Source: Candidatus Rifleibacteriota bacterium
GTDB taxonomy: Bacteria > Muiribacteriota > Ozemobacteria > Ozemobacterales > Ozemobacteraceae
Direction of reading: 5' to 3'
Length of the DNA stretch: 32,879 nucleotides
Assembly: GCA_051747585.1 (NCBI GenBank)
Contig: JBNJGH010000027.1
Coordinates: 1 to 32,879, forward strand
Shown here: positions 27,124 through 32,879 of the stretch, one piece after another
How positions within the stretch are numbered: the first letter of the stretch is position 1
Layout: each line of letters opens with the position of its first letter
Notes under the pieces: generated by a model
Database searches by the model: none
What the model saw: the letters and a program-made list of their open reading frames with translations, nothing else
What the model was told of the DNA's origin: nothing
Position numbers and translations under genes: made by a program

Positions 27124-28413
27124 ATGACTTTTCAGGAAGCTTATGAAAAAGGAAATGAGGCTTTAAAACAACAGGATCTCACCCAGGCCCGCAAATACTT
27201 TGAAGAGGCTTTGAGAATTAAACCCAACGATGTTTATACCATGAACAAACTGGCCATGGTTTTAAAAGAAAAAGGGGAATTTGACGACGCCATGGGGCTT
27301 CTAGATGATTCGCTAAAACTTAAAAAAGAAGACCTTTATACTAATTATCTTCTCGGAAACACTTATCTTGAAGCAGGCAACATAGATAAGGCAATAGAAA
27401 CCCTTGAAAAAACCGTTAAGCAGAACCCATCAGATAGATATGCCAGAAACTCCCTGGCTCTGGCATATAGAATGAATGGTGATTATCACCAATGCATCGA
27501 AATACTCAAAAAAGCTCTTGAAGTTAATGATTCTGATCTTTATAACAAGCTCAGCCTTGCTACTGTTATGTTTGAAATAGGTGACTCAGAAGAAGCAGAG
27601 AACCTTGCCAATAATATCTTGAAGTTTGATTCTCAGAATCTTTCTGCAATGGTTCTTCTTGGTCGAATTGCTATCGATAGAGGTGATTTTCCTGCCGCGC
27701 AAGGCTACTTTAACAAAGTTCTTTCTATCGATGCCAGCAACAGTGAGGCACATTATTATATAGGCAGAATTTGCCTTGAAACCTCTTCTATTGAAGAAGC
27801 TACCACTCATTTTAATGCTGCTCTGCAGTCAGACAGCGAGAAACTTTCGATTTCCAAAAATCTTGGCCTTATTTTTATGGATAAGGGGATGTACAAAGAA
27901 GCCGAAGAGCAATTTGCTACCGCGATTAATCTCGATGGTGAAGATGCTTTTACCCTTAGTAACATGGGAAAATTACTGGTTTTGCAGGGAAAATTTGATG
28001 AAGGTATAGGTTATTTGAAAAAGGCAATCGAATGTCAGCCTGACTATGCTTTTGCTTACTATAATCTGGGGAAGGCTTATCAGGAAAAGAAAGATTTTCC
28101 CAATGCCATTTATAATCTCATGTTTGCTCTTAATTATGAGCCGGATGATGTTTATGCAGTGAATGTTCTTGGTAGAATGTTTCTTGACGTCGGCCTGAAT
28201 GACAGAGCTTATAGAACATTTGATCAGGTTCTTCAGGAATTTGATGCCGAAGATAAATTTGCCCTGCTTGGCAAGGCTGAGGCTCTTGAAGCAATGGGAG
28301 AATACGAAGAAGCTTTGACTTTACTCGAACAAACTAAAAAGTTTGAAGATATTGATAAAATAATGCTCGAAAAAATTGAGTCTTCAATCAAGCGTATAAA
28401 GAACAGGAGTTAA
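27124..28413 (+). CDS. cytoplasmic tetratricopeptide repeat protein (about 12 TPRs)
   Basis: Regular 34-aa periodicity throughout; AAAGGAGG SD. Confidence 0.92.
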   Translation: MTFQEAYEKGNEALKQQDLTQARKYFEEALRIKPNDVYTMNKLAMVLKEKGEFDDAMGLLDDSLKLKKEDLYTNYLLGNTYLEAGNIDKAIETLEKTVKQNPSDRYARNSLALAYRMNGDYHQCIEILKKALEVNDSDLYNKLSLATVMFEIGDSEEAENLANNILKFDSQNLSAMVLLGRIAIDRGDFPAAQGYFNKVLSIDASNSEAHYYIGRICLETSSIEEATTHFNAALQSDSEKLSISKNLGLIFMDKGMYKEAEEQFATAINLDGEDAFTLSNMGKLLVLQGKFDEGIGYLKKAIECQPDYAFAYYNLGKAYQEKKDFPNAIYNLMFALNYEPDDVYAVNVLGRMFLDVGLNDRAYRTFDQVLQEFDAEDKFALLGKAEALEAMGEYEEALTLLEQTKKFEDIDKIMLEKIESSIKRIKNRS

Positions 28414-28415
28414 AA

Positions 28416-29312
28416 TTGCTCAAAAGATTCAATATTAAAGTTCCAACAGAGTTTGAAGAACCTCTGATCGGTCTTGCCGAGCGCTTTGGGGTGAACGTTT
28501 TTTCCAGTCCGGTTATTAAAGAAACTGATCGGGGAGAAACCGATTACGACTTTACCGGCGAGACAACTGTATCTTTTATTGTTTCCGATACTGAGCAGAA
28601 TCCGGAAGATATTTATACCCACATTTGTAATTGGCTTAAAGAAACCGGTTTAAAAAATGTTAAACCACAGGTTGAAGAGTATAGTGACAACCAAGACTGG
28701 ATGGCTGGCTTCAGAGAGCATTTTAAAACTTTGCATGTTGGTAAAAATATTGTTATAAGGCCTCCCTGGGATCACCTGACAGCAGAAGAAAACAATATTG
28801 TTGAACTCATAATTGATCCGGGAATGGCTTTTGGTACAGGAACTCATGAAACTACCCGGCTTTGTCTTGAACTTTTAGAAGAAATAGATGTTGCGGGAAA
28901 TTATTTCCTTGATATGGGTGCCGGCAGCGGTATTCTTTCTTTTTATCTTATGAAAAGAGGGGCAGCCGCCGGTATGGCAGTTGAACTCGAAGGCGCAGCC
29001 GTAGAGAATATGAAAAAAAATGCTTCGGCCAACGGTATGTCTGATCGCCTTAAAATGATCTGCTCCGATATTCAGTCTTTCGAGCCTTCCATTCCTGCTG
29101 ATGGGCTTGTTGCAAACATTACCTCACCTGTTATCTTAGATAATATTGCTATCTTGTCGAAAATGGTAAAATCTGGTGCCTGGGGTGTTTTTTCCGGTGT
29201 AAACAGCACCAATGCTCAGAAGGTAAGAGATGCCTTCTGGCAAAATAACTGGGAAGAGGTCAAGGAAACCCGGGAAGGTGATTGGCACGGTTTTTATCTC
29301 ATAAAAAAATAA
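28416..29312 (+). CDS. prmA: 50S ribosomal protein L11 methyltransferase
   Basis: 'DW...FREHF', 'IRPPW', 'IDPGMAFGTGTHETT', SAM motif 'LDMGAGSGILS', 'VANI'; TTG start after AGGAG. Confidence 0.93.
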   Translation: MLKRFNIKVPTEFEEPLIGLAERFGVNVFSSPVIKETDRGETDYDFTGETTVSFIVSDTEQNPEDIYTHICNWLKETGLKNVKPQVEEYSDNQDWMAGFREHFKTLHVGKNIVIRPPWDHLTAEENNIVELIIDPGMAFGTGTHETTRLCLELLEEIDVAGNYFLDMGAGSGILSFYLMKRGAAAGMAVELEGAAVENMKKNASANGMSDRLKMICSDIQSFEPSIPADGLVANITSPVILDNIAILSKMVKSGAWGVFSGVNSTNAQKVRDAFWQNNWEEVKETREGDWHGFYLIKK

Positions 29313-29328
29313 AGTTGATTTGCTAAAT

Positions 29329-29367
29329 AAAAAAGAACCCGAACTTTCGTCCGGGTTCTTTTTTTTT
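29329..29367. terminator. bidirectional intrinsic terminator
   Basis: AAAAAAGAACCCG...CGGGTTCTTTTTTTTT. Confidence 0.9.
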
Positions 29368-29374
29368 ACATCAG

Positions 29375-30292
29375 CTACTTCGAATTACTCTGTCGTAAGA
29401 GAGTGATGTAGCGATTGTATGCTTCACGATAGTTGTTCAGAGCTTTCTGAGTATCTGAGCGAAGCAGATTAGATCTAAGTTCCTCGTCGGGGTTTTCAGA
29501 ACCACCGATGTTGGTAACCATGTTGATGTATTTGTTGTATGCCTTAATATACTCGGAATGAGCACTTTTAAGAGCGGTAGATGCGTTAGCTGATGGAGCT
29601 GGTTCTGCAACTCCTTCGGTAACAGGGGCATTAGCTTCAGTGTCGCCGCTAACCGGTATTTCATTGTTAACCGGGGTAGTCGGTTCGTTCTGAACTGGTG
29701 CGCCCACATCGGGACTTACAACAACCTCAGGACCTGGATTGGTAACAACAGGAGCTGAACTTGGAAGATCGCTGCCATTGTCTACTGTTTGTCTCTGGCG
29801 TTTGTATTTTTTCCAAAGGAAATAGCCTGCTACTGCTGCACCAACAAGACAAAGTGCTGGTATGAACAGAGGACTTCCGATGATACCGCCAATAAATCCG
29901 GCGATGCCAGAGAATACGCTTCCGATAGCTCCACCGATAGCTCCTAGAGCTCCGGTTACAAAACCACCAGCTGCACTGATGCCACCCCATATGGTAGATC
30001 CGATTCCGGCTAATCCGGCTCCGGCTCCAGCTACTGCGGCTGTAGCACCGCCTGCTACTCCGGCGACTGTTCCTGATGCAAATCCTAGTGCGCTTGCAAT
30101 GTAAGGGGCGCCAATTACGGCTCCACCAACTGCTGCAACACCGGCAAGTGCTGATTTAACAGGATTGTTCTTGACCGAGTCTTTGATTTTGGAGAACAGG
30201 CCGGCATGGGCACTATTTCCAAACGCTGTGAACAGCATGATCACGGCAAGGGTTGTCGCCAGCGTTTTCATGAAACTGCGTTTCAACCTCAT
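29375..30292 (-). CDS. exported/membrane protein with long Gly/Ala-rich hydrophobic region
   Basis: Signal peptide ending AHA; about 110 aa of uncharged G/A-rich glycine-zipper sequence; TM followed by KKYKRQR; Pro-rich linker; AAGGAGG SD before ATG 30292. Confidence 0.8.
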   Translation of the reverse strand: MRLKRSFMKTLATTLAVIMLFTAFGNSAHAGLFSKIKDSVKNNPVKSALAGVAAVGGAVIGAPYIASALGFASGTVAGVAGGATAAVAGAGAGLAGIGSTIWGGISAAGGFVTGALGAIGGAIGSVFSGIAGFIGGIIGSPLFIPALCLVGAAVAGYFLWKKYKRQRQTVDNGSDLPSSAPVVTNPGPEVVVSPDVGAPVQNEPTTPVNNEIPVSGDTEANAPVTEGVAEPAPSANASTALKSAHSEYIKAYNKYINMVTNIGGSENPDEELRSNLLRSDTQKALNNYREAYNRYITLLRQSNSK

Positions 30293-30310
30293 AATGTTCC
30301 TCCTTAAAGG

Positions 30311-30448
30311 ATCTGGGACACAAAGTTTTCCTCGTCGATCCTTCCTCCTTTCCAAAGAGAATTTTGATAAAGGGTAGGGTAATATCGATACCGGGTAAGT
30401 ATCGGGTATATAAGAAGCTCCGCCTCGGGTAAAAGCGGAGCCCCAGAT
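30311..30448 (-). promoter_or_regulatory. putative structured 5' leader
   Basis: Closing stem ATCTGGGG/TCCCAGAT encloses hairpins with TTACCC loops and a GGA-rich tract. Confidence 0.4.
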
Positions 30449-30517
30449 AACTAATTATTTATAATTCTTAAGTTTCTTAAGCGCTCTATCGCTGATTATC
30501 ATTTTATTTTCAAAGAT

Positions 30518-30533
30518 CAAGATTTACATCTTG
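30518..30533. promoter_or_regulatory. palindromic putative transcription-factor site
   Basis: CAAGAT-TTAC-ATCTTG perfect inverted repeat in the intergenic region. Confidence 0.3.
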
Positions 30534-30579
30534 CTTTAAATTATAAGAATCGAATCAGGATGCGTCAAGGTACAGTTGA

Positions 30580-31344
30580 TTATTTTGTCAGGCCCATTTT
30601 CAAGCTCAGGTTCATACGGGTTTCGATTTTTTCTTTCTTACCGCCACCAAGGTCGTTTTCCATGATCATAACCATATTTGAAACGACTTCATTCTGTACC
30701 ATAATGCCTTTTTTGTAGGCAAACCAGATGTTACCATTGGCTTTAACATCGAGATTGATGCTTCCAGCATTGCCCTGTGAGCTGGATACTTCTGATTTCA
30801 ACTTAACTGTATCCATACCGGAAACTTTTTCAAAGCCCATAACAGTGTATTTTACATTCATGGGAATAGGTAGCTGAGGATTTGGCTTTATGGTAGAAGT
30901 CCATGAATCACCAACACCTACAGGTCGATCAGGGAATTTAATCTGCATCTGATTAAAATTGCCCTGCTGATCCATTCCTGAAGAAGAAAGGATTTCGCCG
31001 TCTTTAGCCATTTTCACATTAATAACCTGACCGACGTTAGGAAGCTGGGTCGGGGTATTATTTACAGTGATTGTACCATCGAGAATAGTTGTGGCCATAT
31101 CAACGTTGCCCTTGTCGTCAACGCCGGTAACCTTTTGCTGAATGGTCATGGCTGTTTCTAGAGCAGTCTTCTGAGCTCTTTTGTAAGCAGTTACGATGGT
31201 GTTGCCGCGAATGTGCATTTTATATTTAGCAGTGGTTCCGGGAGCGGGGTTATACTGCAGAAGCACCTTATCAGCAGCAGTAGCTGTGAAAGCTACAGAA
31301 ACAAGAACAAGAACGCTCAAAAAAATAGAAAAACGTTTTAACAT
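30580..31344 (-). CDS. secreted beta-rich protein (DUF6263-like)
   Basis: Signal peptide ending ATA-A; 'LQYNP.PG....Y', 'FPDRPVGVGDSW', 'G.IWF....G'; AAAGGAG SD. Confidence 0.65.
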   Translation of the reverse strand: MLKRFSIFLSVLVLVSVAFTATAADKVLLQYNPAPGTTAKYKMHIRGNTIVTAYKRAQKTALETAMTIQQKVTGVDDKGNVDMATTILDGTITVNNTPTQLPNVGQVINVKMAKDGEILSSSGMDQQGNFNQMQIKFPDRPVGVGDSWTSTIKPNPQLPIPMNVKYTVMGFEKVSGMDTVKLKSEVSSSQGNAGSINLDVKANGNIWFAYKKGIMVQNEVVSNMVMIMENDLGGGKKEKIETRMNLSLKMGLTK

Positions 31345-31438
31345 CGTACCCAAGTCTCCTTTCGCGAATCCATAAAGGGTATTTCATTCTAAAATCATAA
31401 AGGGTAGCTCCACGGTAATTATGGAGAGACCTATAAAA

Positions 31439-31467
31439 AAGCTATCATAGGGTAATAGTGGTGTCAA
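31439..31467 (-). promoter_or_regulatory. sigma70-type promoter
   Basis: Minus strand TTGACA-17 bp-TAGCTT with TGn. Confidence 0.5.
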
Positions 31468-31613
31468 GCCGAAAAAAAATTGTACAGACCTCTTGGCCTT
31501 TAAAAGCTGCGGGCTGACAGCGGTTGTTGCAAAGAAACTAGTTGTTATCCATTTAGTAATATTAGCAGGTTTCAAAATATTTTTTTGTTATTTACTGAAA
31601 TTTAGCATATCAA

Positions 31614-31724
31614 AGATTACTTCTTTGCTATGCTTCGCCATTCTACTTCGCTAAAGCTACGCAGAACTCGACGCAATAACAGCTCCAAATTGTCATTGCG
31701 AGGAGCATAGCGACGAAGCAATCT
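31614..31724. repeat. REP/RPE-like inverted repeat pair with a nested second palindrome
   Basis: Right arm TGTCATTGCGAGGAGCATAGCGACGAAGCAATCT (31691-31724); degenerate reverse-complement left arm (31614-31681) interrupted by about 34 bp containing CTTCGCTAAAGCTACG. Confidence 0.75.
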
Positions 31725-31839
31725 AAATTACTTGAGACTTTTATTGTAAATAAATGGAGAATTACCGGCAAATAAACAGTACTTGCTACAATTTTGTTGA
31801 TATCTCAGGACAAAGGTTGCTCAACAACTAAGGTGATTT

Positions 31840-32310
31840 GTGTTATACTATAAATCAGTTGTTCGCAAAATCATACTTACCGGGGTTATTGCTCTGAGCC
31901 AGAGACAGGGATTAGATCACACATATTTCGAGGGCGTGTATTTTGAAAAGCGCGTCTGGGTGCCTTCAGCCAAAATATCCAATTATTTGATGATGTTTAC
32001 AAAGCTGTATATTGGTGAAAACGATGAACTTGGTAAAGCATCCTTCAGAGATATTTTGATTACCCTTTCCGAGAGCGAACTAGTACCCCGCACTCTGGTT
32101 TTCTGGAATAATGCGGTTAAGGCTTGTGTCGAGGGCAGCCCTCTTGTTCCGACTCTAAATAAAATCGAGCGACTGGGCGTTAGAATTCTGGTTGCAGGTC
32201 ATGCGCTTGAGCAACTTGAATTAAAAAGCGAAATGCGTGCCGGAAAACTTGCTAATCATTTTGATCTGATCGAGGCTCTAAGTAAGGTTCAGAAGGTTGT
32301 GAGCCTGTAG
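31840..32310 (+). CDS. DsrE-like domain protein related to selenium-metabolism YedF, lacking the CxxC motif
   Basis: 'G..DELG', 'P..LVFWNNAVK...EGS', 'GVRIL.AGHAL', 'G...N...L.E.L....KVV'. Start uncertain (31840, 31936 or 31990). Confidence 0.7.
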   Translation: MLYYKSVVRKIILTGVIALSQRQGLDHTYFEGVYFEKRVWVPSAKISNYLMMFTKLYIGENDELGKASFRDILITLSESELVPRTLVFWNNAVKACVEGSPLVPTLNKIERLGVRILVAGHALEQLELKSEMRAGKLANHFDLIEALSKVQKVVSL

Positions 32311-32333
32311 TAAAAAAAATGTAATTATTTAAG

Positions 32334-32362
32334 TTGACAGAGGGTTGTGTACGTGGTAATAT
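32334..32362 (+). promoter_or_regulatory. strong sigma70-type promoter of the tRNA operon
   Basis: TTGACA-17 bp-TAATAT with TGn and an AT-rich upstream element. Confidence 0.85.
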
Positions 32363-32382
32363 ACCCTTCGTCATCATGACAA

Positions 32383-32455
32383 GGGCGGTTAGCTCAGTTG
32401 GAAGAGCTCCTGGTTTACACCCAGGTGGTCGGCGGTTCGAGCCCGTCACCGCCCA
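32383..32455 (+). tRNA. tRNA-Val (TAC)
   Basis: GGGCGGT acceptor stem, loop TTTACAC, GTTCGAG; followed by CCG. Confidence 0.97.
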
Positions 32456-32464
32456 CCGAAACTA

Positions 32465-32539
<75 letters not shown>

Positions 32540-32551
32540 TTCTAGTTTTAA

Positions 32552-32624
<73 letters not shown>

Positions 32625-32636
32625 TTTGTTTTATCT

Positions 32637-32708
32637 GGCGGCATAGCCAAGTGGTAAGGCGATGGTCTGCAAAACCATTATTCATCGGTTCGAATCCGAT
32701 TGCCGCCT
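32637..32708 (+). tRNA. tRNA-Cys (GCA)
   Basis: GGCGGCA acceptor stem, loop CTGCAAA, U73 discriminator; followed by CCG. Confidence 0.96.
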
Positions 32709-32788
32709 CCGTTGAAGGCTCTGCACCAGCTGTAGATGTCTTCCCCGACAGGGTTACTTTACTGAGTAGCCCTTTCACATATAAACCT

Positions 32789-32863
<75 letters not shown>

Positions 32864-32879
32864 CCCATCAAACCCTCGA

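Noticed and set aside
29283..29298. TGGCAC as a sigma54 -24 box
   Set aside because: It lies inside prmA and lacks the GC at -12
30293..30448. c-di-GMP or other known riboswitch, prompted by the nearby HD-GYP gene
   Set aside because: I could not find the c-di-GMP-I or -II consensus elements; kept only as an unclassified structured leader
31384..31575. 63-aa ORF upstream of the DUF6263-like gene
   Set aside because: It overlaps the predicted promoter and leader, has no SD and has no recognisable features
31840..32310. Selenocysteine recoding in the YedF-like gene
   Set aside because: No in-frame TGA; the Cys positions are ordinary Ala codons

Overview
Chromosomal window from an AT-rich (roughly 40% GC by eye) bacterium, probably diderm because it encodes an AsmA-family protein, a lipoprotein and many signal-peptide proteins. 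A poorly characterised candidate phylum such as Ca. Riflebacteria is a guess only. Housekeeping content: TLC/NTT-type nucleotide transporter, mtnP, tig-clpP-clpX, cinA-thpR, prmA and seven tRNA genes (Leu, Gly, Val, Asp x2, Phe, Cys). I saw no integrase, transposase, phage gene or CRISPR array. The best candidate for an undescribed system is the co-oriented cluster at 21282-29312. It holds an exported 5'-nucleotidase homolog that has lost its metal and catalytic residues, an intact GAF-GAF-HD-GYP phosphodiesterase, and a membrane sensor-HAMP protein whose class III cyclase-like domain also looks dead and is fused to HEAT repeats. A TPR protein and PrmA follow. Other signals: no tRNA gene encodes CCA but 5 of 7 encode CC; a TACCC/GGA-rich structured leader motif precedes two adjacent exported-protein genes; two sigma54-type promoters precede orphan secreted proteins; there is a charge-bipolar secreted repeat protein, a cysteine-less YedF/DsrE-like protein, and nested REP-like palindromes. 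All family assignments are by eye from motifs; no searches were run.
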